Shown: positions 23,898 through 35,647 of the stretch, piece by piece | How the letters are laid out: each line of letters starts with the position of its first letter | Numbering within the stretch: position 1 is the first letter of the stretch | Notes under the pieces: model-generated | The model's input: the letters and a program-made list of their open reading frames with translations, nothing else | Database searches by the model: none | What the model was told of the DNA's origin: nothing | Source: Isurus oxyrinchus | Lineage: Eukaryota | Length of the DNA stretch: 64,000 bases | NCBI GenBank assembly: GCA_026770705.1 | Contig: JANJGN010000152.1 | Location: 930,001-994,000, forward strand | Reading direction: 5' to 3' | Position numbers and translations under genes: made by a program

Positions 23898-24683
23898 ATG
23901 GAAGGAGAAAGCACCATTCACAGCAGTGAGAAACCGCACACGTGTCCTGTGTGTGGACGAGGCTTCAGCCGATCATCTGGCCTGTCGAAACACAAGTGCA
24001 GTCACGCAGGGGAGAAACCATGGAAATGTGGAGACTGTGGGAAGGGATTCAGATCCCCTTCTGAGTTGGATACTCATCAACGCACTCACACTGGGGAGAA
24101 GCCGTTCATCTGCTCCATATGTGGGAAAGGATTCATTTGGTCAGCAAACTTGCTGACACACCAGCGCGTTCACACTGGGGAGAGACCGTTCACCTGCTCT
24201 GAGTGTGGGAAGGGATTCACTCATTTATCGTCCCTGCTGAGACACCAGCGAGTTCACACTGGAGAGAGGCCATTCACCTGCTCTGCATGTGGGATAGGAT
24301 TCACTGATGCATCCAACCTGTTGAGACACCAGCGAGTTCACACTGACAAGAGACCTTTTAAATGCCCAGACTGTGGGAAGTGCTTTAAAAGTTCTGGGGA
24401 TCTGATGTCCCATCAGCGTGTTCACACTGATGAGAGACCGTTTAATTGTCCAGAATGTGGGAAATGCTACAAAAGGTTCTGGGAACTAATGTTTCATCAA
24501 CGTGTTCACACTGACGAGAGACCGTTCAGGTGCTCTCACTGTGGGACTGGGTTCAGGCGATCATCTGAACTCACTGTACACCAGCGACTTCACACTGGGG
24601 AGAGACCATTCACCTGCTCCGAGTGTGGGAAGAGATTCACTCGGACATCCATCCTGATGAGACACCAGCAAGTTCACAAGTAA
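23898..24683 (+). CDS. Poly-C2H2 zinc-finger protein, 9 fingers, no N-terminal effector domain (type A)
   Basis: Intact [16 protein letters not shown] followed by 9 C2H2 fingers with TGERPF/TDERPF linkers. Splice acceptor ttgacAG at 23787-23788. Confidence 0.88.
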   Translation: MEGESTIHSSEKPHTCPVCGRGFSRSSGLSKHKCSHAGEKPWKCGDCGKGFRSPSELDTHQRTHTGEKPFICSICGKGFIWSANLLTHQRVHTGERPFTCSECGKGFTHLSSLLRHQRVHTGERPFTCSACGIGFTDASNLLRHQRVHTDKRPFKCPDCGKCFKSSGDLMSHQRVHTDERPFNCPECGKCYKRFWELMFHQRVHTDERPFRCSHCGTGFRRSSELTVHQRLHTGERPFTCSECGKRFTRTSILMRHQQVHK

Positions 24684-24879
24684 CTACAGTGATTGGATTT
24701 AGCTGTTAATCACATTCAGGACTGAACCATGTTCTTTGGGGTCTGTTTCTGCTGATATTAGTAAACTCCAAACCAGTTGTAGGTTTTAGTATTGTTGAAA
24801 TTTAAAAAAGATTAGTTTTGTGTAAAGTACACAGTGAGGCGAATCTTTTTAATCTCTCTAACTCACCAAGTTCCTTTTG

Positions 24880-26335
24880 AAGGGCTGTCCCTCTCCTCTC
24901 TCTTCTCCATACTCACCCCAACAAGTGTGAGGAGCTCATGGAGCTTCCTTGTCACTAAGATTGAGACAATCCCATCTGCTGACTCTGCTGCTTCCCTCCC
25001 TTCCACTGGTCCATCGGGCAAAACTGTCTTTAAAGCTCTTCCTTGTCCAAGTCCTGAACTCGCATCTTTCCCCAGTTTCTCTTCTATCTCTCCCTCATTC
25101 CCTTCAGTGCTCATCTTATCCATGAGACCCACTTTCTGCTCTACTGACCCTATTCCCACTAAGCTGCTGACATTCAACTCTCGCTCTCTCCTGGTACTAT
25201 CCCTCTATCTTTTAATCCACCATCATCACCCATTCCATAAAAAAAAATCTTTAACCCCATCTCCAAACTCCCTTTCCTTTCCAATGTCCTTGTCCTTGGT
25301 GTCCCCCAAGGATCTATCCTTGGCCCCTCCTATTTCTCATCTACCCGCTGCCACTATGTGACACCATCCAAAAGCACCGTGTTAGTTTTCACATGTACAC
25401 TGACAACGCCCAGCTCTACCTCACCACCATCTCTCTCCATTCCTCCACTGTTACTAAATTATCAAACTGCTTATCCCACATCCAGTACTGAAATGAGCAG
25501 AAATTTCCTACAGTTAACAATTTGGAAGACCAAAGCCATTGTCTTCAGTCACCACAATAAATTCTGTTCCCTAACTGCCAAGTCCATCCCTCTCCCTGGG
25601 AACTGTCTGAGGCTGAACCACACTCTTCACAATCTTGATGTCATATTTGACCCCAAGATGAGATTCTGACCACATACCCACACCATCACGAATACCAGAT
25701 ATTTCAATCTCCATAACGTCACTTGTCTCCCCCCCCACCCCAGCTCATCTGCTGCTGAAACCCTCAAACATGCCCATGTTACCTTTAGACTTGACAATTC
25801 CAATACATTCCTGACCAGCCTCAATACATTCACCCCACCCCCACACGGAAACATGAGATCATCCAAAACTCTGCTGCCCATGTGTTTTCTCACACCAAGT
25901 CCTGTTTATCCATCACGCCTGTGCTCACTGACCTACATCGACTCCTGGTCAAACAATGCCTCAATTTTAAAATTCACATTCTTGATTTCAAATCCCTCCA
26001 TGGCCGTTTTCCTCCCTATCTCTGTAATCTCCAGTCACAGAACCTCTGAGATATACGCACTCCTTACCCTGGCCTCTTTAGCATCTCGGATTTTAATTAC
26101 TCCACCATTGGTCGCCATGCCTCAGTGCGAAGCTCTGAAATTCCCCCCCTAAACCTCTCCCCTGATGACAAATGCTTGTTCCAATCTGACTCTCCAATCC
26201 AGGTTTTGACCATCTACCCTTTGATCACCCTATGTGACTCAGTATCAAATTTTCTTTATGAAACTCCTCTAAAGCACCTTAGGACATTTTATTACATTCA
26301 ATGTGTTACATAAATACCAAGTTGTTATTGTTTCA
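24880..26335 (+). mobile_element. L2 LINE, deleted and degenerate
   Basis: GVPQGSILGPLLF remnant near 25298, MSRNFLQLTIWKTKAIVF, and an L2 tail near 26310. Confidence 0.8.
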
Positions 26336-26759
26336 GGAAGCCAGTTTGGGCAAAGTAAGATTCCACAAGTGGCAAGCAAGTGACCGATTAATCCAGTTTT
26401 TTGCTGGTATTAGTTAAACCACGAATGTTGGTCCCACTGTACCAGGAGAACTCCCCTGTGGACAGTATATGGAATTGTTGAGGTCTCCTGAGCTAAGAGT
26501 GGAGCTAACTGAGCTGTAAGGCCTGCAGTGTACCTTGAAGAACCGCTGTCTGGGATCTTTCCTCTTTATTCACTGACTTCCGGTTGAAGTTGTTTCTGCA
26601 GCAAAATAGTTAACTTTGAACATCAATCTCAATTTCATCTTTGGAGCAAAATCGAGAATTTTAAATCAGTTGTAAAAAAGAAAGTTCTTTATTAATTTAG
26701 AATCTTTCACTGCCTTAAAGCCATCCCAAAGTGATTCACAGTCAATGATGTATTTTGGA

Positions 26760-27240
26760 AGGATGAATGAGGAGAGGCAGTATAAACTAAATGGTACAAT
26801 TTTAAACAGAGTGACCTGGGTGTGAAAGTAAAAAAAAAAATCTTGGAATGTGACAGGACTAGTTGATCAAAGTGATTGATAAAAGCTAATGGAGACCTTA
26901 GTTTTATTAACAGAGGCATGGAATACAAAAGGAAGGAAGATACAATGAATCTTTATAAATCTATGGTTAATTCTTAACTGAACTATTATGTCCAATTCTG
27001 AGTACGATACATTCGGAAAGCTGTCAAGAAATTGGAAAGGGTCTAGGGAAGAATGACTGGGATAATCTCAAGGATGAGGGATTTCAGTTTTGTGGATAGA
27101 CTGAAGAAGATAGGATTAAGGAGAGATTTAATAGAGATGTTGAGGTTTTGAGGAATTTTCATCTACACAGCGAGAAATTGTTTTCATTTGCAGAATGGTA
27201 GGTAACCACAGAACACAATATAATTGTTCGATTGAGAAAA
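26760..27240 (+). mobile_element. Old CR1 fragment
   Basis: Degenerate RG(I/M)EYK..LYKSMV..L(E/N)Y.VQFW motif. Confidence 0.65.
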
Positions 27241-27279
27241 CATACAATTTTTAAAGACGTTAAATTATGTATGTATCTG

Positions 27280-28230
27280 ATCCATACATACTGCAAGGAG
27301 ATGTCTTTGAGATCAGTTTTTCCTTTACATTCTGTGTTGTTCTGAATAATAACAGTATTAACTTTCCCCCTAACCTGTCCTAAACCTTCTACCACTTTAT
27401 CTATTGAAACCAGGGACTCTCTTTGTTCTAATGGTGACATTCCCTGTCTGCCCAGTTATTCCTTTAATTCGGCCCTTGAATTATTTGTACATTGTTTCAT
27501 TATTTTCCCATATTTCAGCAACAAATGTTGAAATGTTTGCTCCACACCCACAGGGTTTCATCTGTTTAAAGCCACAAACAGAAAGGTCCAGTTTTCTCAA
27601 GGAGTTTGAGACAAATCAGCTTCCAAAATGATGCAGAGTTTCAGCCCCGCCCCCCATTCACTCCGATTGGTTGGAGGACTAGCCGTTCTTGCTGTGTCCT
27701 GCAATCCCGCCCCTTCTTCCTATTGCTCCGGAGCTACTGTCAATCATACACCCCCCGGGGTATTATGACCTGGAGCATGCGCAGTGCAGGTGATGTCCAC
27801 AGACAGAGGCTTGTTTATCTCATCTTCAGGCAGGAAGGAGGCGGAGAAGCGGCGGCAGCGTTAGGGGCAGTGGGTCGGAGGGGAGGCTTCACAAACACCC
27901 AGTGGAGGCGTCAAACGCCAAAGAAGGAGCCACAGGTAACGCGTTTGCACCAATCGGGGCGGGAGCTTTGGGACTTTTCTCGGTCACAGGGCGACGTGGG
28001 CTCCAACTGGAGTCAATGGAGCCGGAGAGAGGGAGGAATGGAGTGGGCAGGAAGCTTGAAAATCACTCAGTGGAGGCCTGAGACCGCGAAGAACAAACTA
28101 CCGGTCGCGGGGTTGCAGCGAATGGTCCGGTTGCAGCTGTGGCCCGAGTCTCCCCTCGGAGACAGGCCCGGGTTAACAGCCGCCATCTTTATAGGTCAAT
28201 GTGCAGCGGGGCGCATGCGCGGCCATGCAT
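27280..28230 (+). promoter_or_regulatory. ZNF promoter cassette and CpG island
   Basis: GC boxes at about 27645 and 27706, attgg, gcatgcgc at 27776, YY1 gccgccatctt at 28179-28189 and NRF1 gcgcatgcgc at 28211-28220. Confidence 0.75.
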
Positions 28231-28711
28231 GTCCCTGTCAGCAGGAGGAGAGGATGTTGTGAATTTCTGTCCTGGACTGACCGATGGATTTTGGAAACTC
28301 CTTTTATCGAAGGTTAGAATCCGGTTTCAAGACAAAAAACTCAACTAAACATAACATTCAGATCTGTCATTGTCACTGAATTAATCAAATGTTTAAATGG
28401 AGGAAGGTACTGCATGTGGTACATCCAGTACATCCTGACAAGTCAGGACCGTGTGACTTGGAGGGGAATTTGGAGGTGATGATGTTCACATACACTTGCT
28501 GCCCTGATGATACTGGGCAGTGGAGGCTCAGGGTTTGGGAGATTCTGTCAAAGTTTTGGTTGAGTTATACATATATAAAATCCCGCTCCTTAGCCCGCTG
28601 GTACCCTGCCAATCTCTCTCTCTCTGCCTCTCTTCCTCCTCCCACAGAGGCCAGATTCAGTGTAGGTCCAAGCCAGGGTGGCAGGTTCCATTCCCTGAGT
28701 GACATCAGTTA

Positions 28712-29595
28712 AGAATCTCACAGTGCAGAAGAGGCCCTTCAGTCCATTGAGCCTGCACCAACACGTGAGAAACAACTGACCTACCTACCTAATCCCATTT
28801 ACCAGCACATGGCCCATAGCTTTGAATGTTATGACATGCCAAGTGCTCATCCAGGTACTTTTTAAAGGATGTGAGGCAACCCACCTCCACCACCCTCCCA
28901 GGCAGCGCATTGCAGACCGTCACCACCCTCGCATCCTCACATCCCCCCCAAACCTCCTGCCCCTCACCTTGAACTTATATTCCCTTGTGACTGACCCTTC
29001 AACTAAGGGGAACAGCTGCTCCCTATCTACCCTGTCCACACCCCTCATAACCTTGACACCTCGATCAGATCGCCCCTCAGTCTTCCATGCTCCAACGAAA
29101 ACAACCCAAGTCTATCCAACCTCGCTTCCCAATTTAAATGTTCCATCCCAGGCAACATCCTGGTGAATCTCCTCTGCACCACCTCCAGTGCAATCACATC
29201 CTTCCTAAAATGTGGCGACCAGAACTGCACACAGTACTCCAGCTGTGGCCTCACCAAGGTTCTATACAACTCCAACATGACCTCCCTACTTTTGTAATCT
29301 ATGCCTCGATTGATAAAGGGATTTTATATATGTCCCATTTGCCTTTTTCACCGCCCCACTAACATGCCCCTCCGCCTTCAGAGATCTTTGGAAACACACA
29401 CCAATGTCCCTTTGTTCCTCAGAACTTCCTAGTGTCATGCCATTCATTGAATACTTCCTTGTCAAATTACTCCTTCCAAAGTGAATCACCTCACACTTTT
29501 CAGGATTAAATTCCATCTGCCACTTATCTGCCCATTTGACCATCCTGTCTATATCTTCCTGTAGCCCAAGACACTTGACCTCACTGTTAACCCAA
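28712..29595 (-). mobile_element. Young CR1 3' fragment inserted in ZNF intron
   Basis: MVKWADKWQMEFNPEKC and LEYCVQFWSPH; nearly identical to 34676-35647; absent from the paralogous intron near 23625. Confidence 0.92.
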
Positions 29596-29855
29596 GAAGT
29601 AGGGATTTTATGACAACCCGGCAGCCTTCATGGTCACCTTTTCCTAGTGCTGACTCTACAAATTACCAGATTCATGCAGCTTAATTTCATAACTTGTTAT
29701 TGTGGGTTCTCTGTCACTCCCTTTAATCTGTTTTAAATCAATTTCACAGGGTATTAAGGAGGGAGGATTTGCATTCATGAAGCTCAAAAGAAATCACATC
29801 AGGATCTGACAGTCGCCCAATTTTCTCCTAACCTGAATATGATTGGATTTTGAAC

Positions 29856-30644
29856 ATGGAAGGAAAAAGCACCATTCACATTGGAGAGAAACCGTACACG
29901 TGTTCTGTGTGTGGACGAGGCTTCAATCAATCATCTGACTTGTTGAGACACAAGCGCAGTCACACTGGGGAGAAACTGTGGAAATGTGGAGAGTGTGGGA
30001 AGGGATTCAGTTACCCATCCCAGCTAGACATTCATCGACGCATTCACACCGGGGAGAAGCCGTTCAACTGCTCTGAGTGCAGGAAGGGATTCACTCAGTT
30101 ATCCAGCCTGCTGAAACACAAGCAAGTTCACACTGGGGAGAGACCATTCAGCTGCTCCAAGTGTGAGAAGACATTTGCTCGATCATCCATCCTGCTAAAA
30201 CATCAGCGAGTACACAGTGGGGAGAAGCCATTCACCTGCTCTGAGTGTGGGAAGGGATTCACTCAGTCATCCAATCTACTGTCACACCAACGAATCCACA
30301 CTGGGGCGAGACCATTCACCTGCTCCAAGTGTGGGAAGGGATTCAGTCAGATATCTGATCAGCTGAAACACCAGCGCGTTCACACTGGGGAGAGACCATT
30401 CACCTGCTCCGAGTGCGGGAAGGGATTCACTCAGTCATCCCACCTGCTGAGGCACCATCGAGTTCACACTGGGGAGAGACCTTTTAAATGCCCAGACTGT
30501 GGGAAATGCTATAAATGTTCTGGTGACCTGGCATATCATCAACGTATTCACACTGATGAGAGACCATTCAGGTGCTCTGACTGTGGGAGCGGCTTCAGGA
30601 GATCATCTCAACTCACTATACACCAACGAATTCACTCTGGGTAG
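29856..30644 (+). CDS. Poly-C2H2 zinc-finger protein, 9 fingers (10th cut off by TAG) (type A)
   Basis: Intact [16 protein letters not shown]...; acceptor cacAG at 29748-29749. Confidence 0.85.
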   Translation: MEGKSTIHIGEKPYTCSVCGRGFNQSSDLLRHKRSHTGEKLWKCGECGKGFSYPSQLDIHRRIHTGEKPFNCSECRKGFTQLSSLLKHKQVHTGERPFSCSKCEKTFARSSILLKHQRVHSGEKPFTCSECGKGFTQSSNLLSHQRIHTGARPFTCSKCGKGFSQISDQLKHQRVHTGERPFTCSECGKGFTQSSHLLRHHRVHTGERPFKCPDCGKCYKCSGDLAYHQRIHTDERPFRCSDCGSGFRRSSQLTIHQRIHSG

Positions 30645-31139
30645 AGACCATTCACCTGTTCCGAGTGTGGAAAGGGATTCACTCAGTCGTCCTATCTGCT
30701 GAGACACCTGCAAATTCACAAGTAACTACAGTGATTGGATTTTTCTGTTAATTTCACCCAGGACTGACCCTTGTTCATTGGTGTCTGTTTCTGCTGACGT
30801 TAATAAACTCTATTCGCATTACTGGGGTTAATATTTTGGATAAAAGTCAAGTAGATCAGCTTTGTGTTAAACATGCACAGTGTGTTGAGTCTTTTTAATA
30901 TCTCACTAACAAAGTTAGTTTCTTTTGAAGGGCTCTCCCTCTCCCTGTCTCCGCCATTCTCACCTCCAACAACACATTTGAGTTGCTCATGAAACTTCTT
31001 TGTCACTAAGATTGAGAGAATCTTATTAGCTGCCTCTGCTTCTTCCCTCCCACCCACTTGTCTACCAGGATAATGCCTCTGAACTTCCCCCTCACTGACC
31101 TCCAAACCACATCTTTCTCTAGTTTCTCTCCCATCTTTC

Positions 31140-31650
31140 CCTGTTTGTTTTGTCTGTGGGAAAAGATTTCAAACATCAGTGTGACTGGAAAAGCACCGAA
31201 ACACACAAACACCTGAGTGAGGGTGTTCCAGTGAACTCGCTGTGGAAAGAGCTTTAACCAGTGTTACAGCCTGAATAAGCGCCACACCATTCATAGCAAG
31301 GAAAAACCATGCACGTGTACTGTGTGTGGACGAGGCTTCAGTTGGTCATCCAATCTGGAGAGGAACAGCATCCACACCATGGAGAAACCGTGGAAATGTG
31401 GGGACTGTGGAAAGGGATTCGATCATCCACCCGAGCTGTTAGCTCATCGGCGCATTCACACAGAGGAAAGGTTGTTCGCCTGCTCCGTGTGGGAGGGGAT
31501 TCATTCAGTTATCCAACATGTTGACACACCAGCGAATTCACACGAGGGAGAGACCTTTTAAGTGCCCAAACTGTGGGAAGTGCGATAAATCTTTGGGCGA
31601 AGTGACCCACCATCACACCGACGAGAGACCATTCAGGTGCTCTCACTGTT
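31140..31650 (+). pseudogene. C2H2 ZNF pseudogene (type B leader), truncated by insertion
   Basis: Dead-finger leader, [10 protein letters not shown] at about 31378 and frameshifts; ends mid-finger at CSHC. Confidence 0.85.
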
Positions 31651-32410
31651 GTCACGCCTCACTGGGGATAGTGCGCTGTAATATCAAGCCCCTCTGTTCT
31701 GAGTCTGACAAATGTGAAAAGTTTGACCAAACCACCAAATTGGCCCAATTCTACCTAACTGTTTAACTTAGGTTAACAGAATAGGAGCACCAGGTTTGTA
31801 AATTTAATAAGTAAATAGTTGTTTATTACAAATTGTTCTCCGAGTCTGACAAACGTGAAAAGTTTGACTAAACCACCAAATTGCCCCAATTCTACCTAAC
31901 TGTTTAACTTTGGTTAACAGAATAGGCGCACCAGGTTTGTAAATTTAATAAGTAAATAGTTGTTTATTGAACAAATTGTTTTTAACCAGTGGCAAAAATA
32001 GGAAATATGAACTTATACACACACATAAGACACACTAAACATGGATTTTAAGGGTGGGATAAAACAATTCAATAGCACCAGTCCCGAGTACAGGATTTGA
32101 TGGTTGATTTTGATCAATGTCTGCCAAATTCCTTTCAGTTCTTTGTTAGTGACATGAGGTGGTCTTCCAGCACTTTCAGTTTTTATTTCTCTGGTTGTGA
32201 ACTTGCTTTTCAATGTCTCTAACAGTGGTTTTCCCCTTTTCTTTTTACAGGGGTTTCCTTAGAGCAGGTTATAGAGATATAAGGAAAAGAGAATTTAGGT
32301 GTTTTCTCTTTGCAAGCCAGGAACTTTCTGCTGCACTTTCAGCTACACAAACCTTGGTCACCTGGTCTGGAGCCAATTAAAATGCTGTTGTCAGTTGGCT
32401 CCCTTGGTCC
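31650..32410. mobile_element. Probable LTR-type insertion with internal ~139 bp tandem duplication
   Basis: Starts TGTCACG abruptly inside a finger; 31696-31834 is repeated at 31833-31975. Confidence 0.45.
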
Positions 32411-33922
32411 AGGACTCCTATCTACAAACATTCACTCCCTCCACCACTGACACACAGCAGCAACAGTGTGTACCATCTAAGAGATGAACTGCAGGAATTC
32501 ACCAAGGCTCCTTACACAGCAACTTCCAAACCCATGACCACTACCATCTAGATGGACAAGGTCAGCAGACACATGGGAACACCACCACTTGAAAGTTCCC
32601 CTCCACGTCACTCACCATCCTGACTTGGAAATATATTGCCATTCTGTTAGACTCACATCTCCCAAGACTGAAGTTTACTTTTACAAAATGGAAGGATTTG
32701 GCATGATCTGGACGTGTGGACGCTAACCTGGGATTTTTTTTTAAAAAAGGTCATAAATTCACCTTGGGACTGTCAACAAGCTGGCCTCTTCCAAGAAATC
32801 ACCTGACCTATACGGTTCTTGAGAAGGAGTTGTTTGATTTGATAGAACTATTCAGTCATGAGGGGTCCAGACAGAGTAGATAGGGAGAAATTGTTCCTAC
32901 TCGTGAAAGGATCCAGAACAAGAGGGCACAGATTCAAAGTAATTAGTAAAAGAAGCAAAAGTGATATGAGCAGAAATGTATTTTTATGCAGCGAGTGGTT
33001 AGGGTCTGGAATGCACTGCCTGAGGGTGTGGTGAAGGCAGGTTCAACTGAAGCATTCAAAAGGGAATCAGACTGTTACCTGAGATCAAAGAATGTGCAGG
33101 GTTAGGGGAAGAAGGCAGGGGGATGGAACTCGGTGAGTTGCTCCTGTACACTCTTTAGAATTGTACCCTTTATTTCTATATTGTCTCTCCGTGCTCCTCG
33201 TACCAAAATGAATCACTTCACATTTCTCTGCATTGAACTTCATCTGTCCACCCATTCCACCAGAGAAATGGCCACATCGCAGCTTAGGAGCCAGGAGGCA
33301 GAAAGGAAGAAGTATTTAGATGAGCACTTGAAACACCACAGCATCCAAGTGCTGGAAAATGGGATTAGAATAGATCAGGGTTTGATGGTCGGCACAGACA
33401 CGATGGGCTGAAAGACCTGTTTCTGTGCTGTATAACTAACTCTATCTTTGAAATGAGTGACTACCAGACAGTCCAAGAGAACTAGGCAGGTATTGCGCTC
33501 ATCGATCAATTTTGTTTTGTTCACTGGTGAGAACATTGGTTCCTCAGAGGTGTGCAGTCAGAGCCAAGTTTGTGGCACCACGAGCAGCTCTGCTGTACAG
33601 GAGGAGAGGAAGAGAGGAAGAGCTATAATAATAGATTTGTTATTTTGGGGAACAGACAGGTACTTCTGTGGCTATATACATGACTCCAGGATGGTATGTT
33701 GCCTCTCTGGTGCCAGGGTCAAGGATGTCATGGAGCGGCTGCAGGACACTCCATGGGGGAGGGTGATCAGCCAGAGATCGTGGTCCACATTGGTACCAAT
33801 GACTTAGGTAGGAAAGGGGATGAGGTTCTGCAAGCAGACTTTAGGCATCTAGGGAGGGCACTGAAAAGCAGGGCCACTAAAGCAGTAATCTCAGGATTAT
33901 TCCCAGTCCCACAAGCAAATGT

Positions 33923-34013
33923 GGCTCTGTGGTGCAATGGACAGCATGTTGGCCTTCTCATCAGTGATAGGTCAGGTATTCAAAGGTTGTGGGTTCAAAT
34001 CCCACCAGAGTCA
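33923..34013 (+). tRNA. Intron-containing tRNA-Arg(TCT) copy (retroposed, probably non-functional)
   Basis: GGCTCTGTGGTGCAATGGACAGCATGTTGGCCT-TCT-C, 18-nt intron atcagtgataggtcaggt (33960-33977), ATTCAAAGGTTGTGGGTTCAAATCCCACCAGAGTCA. Confidence 0.85.
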
Positions 34014-34530
34014 CATTTTAAGGATGTGATTGCACTAGAGAGAGAGCAGAGGAGATTTACCAGGATGTTGCCCGGGCTGGAGAGTTTTAGTTGTGAGGAG
34101 AGATTGGATAGACTAGGGTTATTTTCCCTGGAGCAGAGGAGATTGAGGGGGACATGATTGACGTGTATAAAATTATGAAGGGCATAGATAAGGTAGCCAG
34201 GAAGGAACTTTGCCCCTTGGCGGTGGGATCAATAACCAGGGGGCATAGATTTAAGGTAAGGGGCAGGAGGTTTAGAGGGGATGTGAGGAAGAATTTTTTC
34301 ATCCAGAGGGTGGTGGGAACCTGGAACTCACTGCCTGAAAGGGTGGTAGGGGCAGAAAGCCTCATAACATTTAAGAAGTATTTGGATGTGCACTTGTGAT
34401 GCCATGGTATACAAGGCTATGGGCCTAGTGCTGGAAAATGGGATTAGAATAATTAGGTACTCCTTTGACCTGCACAGACTCGATGGGCCAAAGGGCCTTT
34501 TTCTGTGCTGTAGACCTCTATGACACTATG
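34014..34530 (+). mobile_element. CR1 3' fragment fused to tRNA-Arg
   Basis: [19 protein letters not shown]..., ending in a ctctatgacactatg tail. Confidence 0.92.
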
Positions 34531-34675
34531 ACAAGCGAGTATAGAAATAGGAGAACTGAGCGAATAAACAAATGGCTGGAAAGTTGGTGTTGGAGGGAGG
34601 GCCTCAGATTTCTGAAGCATTGGGACCAGTTCTGCGGAACATGGGACCTATACAAGGTCTACACCTGAACAGGGA

Positions 34676-35647
34676 TCTGTGCTCGGTCCCCTATTATTTG
34701 TCATTTATATAAACGGCAGAGATGACTATGTGGGGGGTAGGATTAGTAAGTTTGCATATGATACAAAGATTGGCCAGGTAGTTAACAGTGAGGTTGAGTG
34801 TCTTGGGGTACAGGAAGATATAGACGGGATGGTCAAATGGGCAGATAAGTGGCAGATGGAATTTAACCCTGAAAAGTCTGAGGTGATACACTTTGGAAGG
34901 AGTAATTTGACAGGGAAGTATTCACTGAATGGCATGACACTAGGAAGTTCTGAGGAACAAAGGGACCTTGGCATTTGTGTCCATAGATCTCTGAAGGCAC
35001 AGGGGCATGTTAGTGGGGCAGTGAAAAAGGCATATGGGACACTTGCCTTTATCAATCAAGGCATAGATTACAAAAGTAGGGAGGTCATGTTGGAGTTGTA
35101 TAGAACCTTGGTGAGGTCACAGTTGGAGTACTGTGTGCAGTTCTGGTCGCCACATTATAAGAAGGATGTGATTGCACTGGAGGGAGTGCAGAGGAGATTC
35201 ACCAGGATGTTGCCTGGGATGAAACATTTATGTTATGAAGAGAGGTTGAATAGACTTGGGTTGTTTTCGCTGGAGCAGAGAACACTGAGGGGCAACCTGA
35301 TCAAGGTGTACAAGATTATGAGGGGCATGGACAAGGTGGATAGGGAGTAGCTGTTCCCCTTAGTTGAAGGGTCAGTCACAAGGGGGCATAAGTTCAAACT
35401 AAGGGACAGGAGGTTTAGGGGGGATGTGAGGAAAAACTTTTTTACCCAGAGGGTGGTGACGGTCTGGAATGCACTGCCTGGGAGGGTGGTGGAGACTTTA
35501 AAAAGTACCTGGATGAGCACTTGGCATGTCATAACATTCAAGGCTATGGGCCAAGTGCTGGTAAATGGGATCAGGTAGGTAGGTCAGGTGTTTCTCATGT
35601 GTTAGTGCAGACTTGATGGGCTGAAGGGCCTCTTCTGCACTGTGATT
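34676..35647 (+). mobile_element. Young CR1 3' fragment nested in older CR1 ORF1
   Basis: 223-aa RT C-terminal ORF; caggga duplicated at 34670-34675 and 35648-35653. Confidence 0.92.

Noticed and set aside
27404-28262. ORFs MKPGTL... and RQI(S/N)FQ(N/D)DA shared with 61141-61570 and 17455
   Set aside because: The similarity reflects the duplicated promoter cassette; frames and starts are not preserved.
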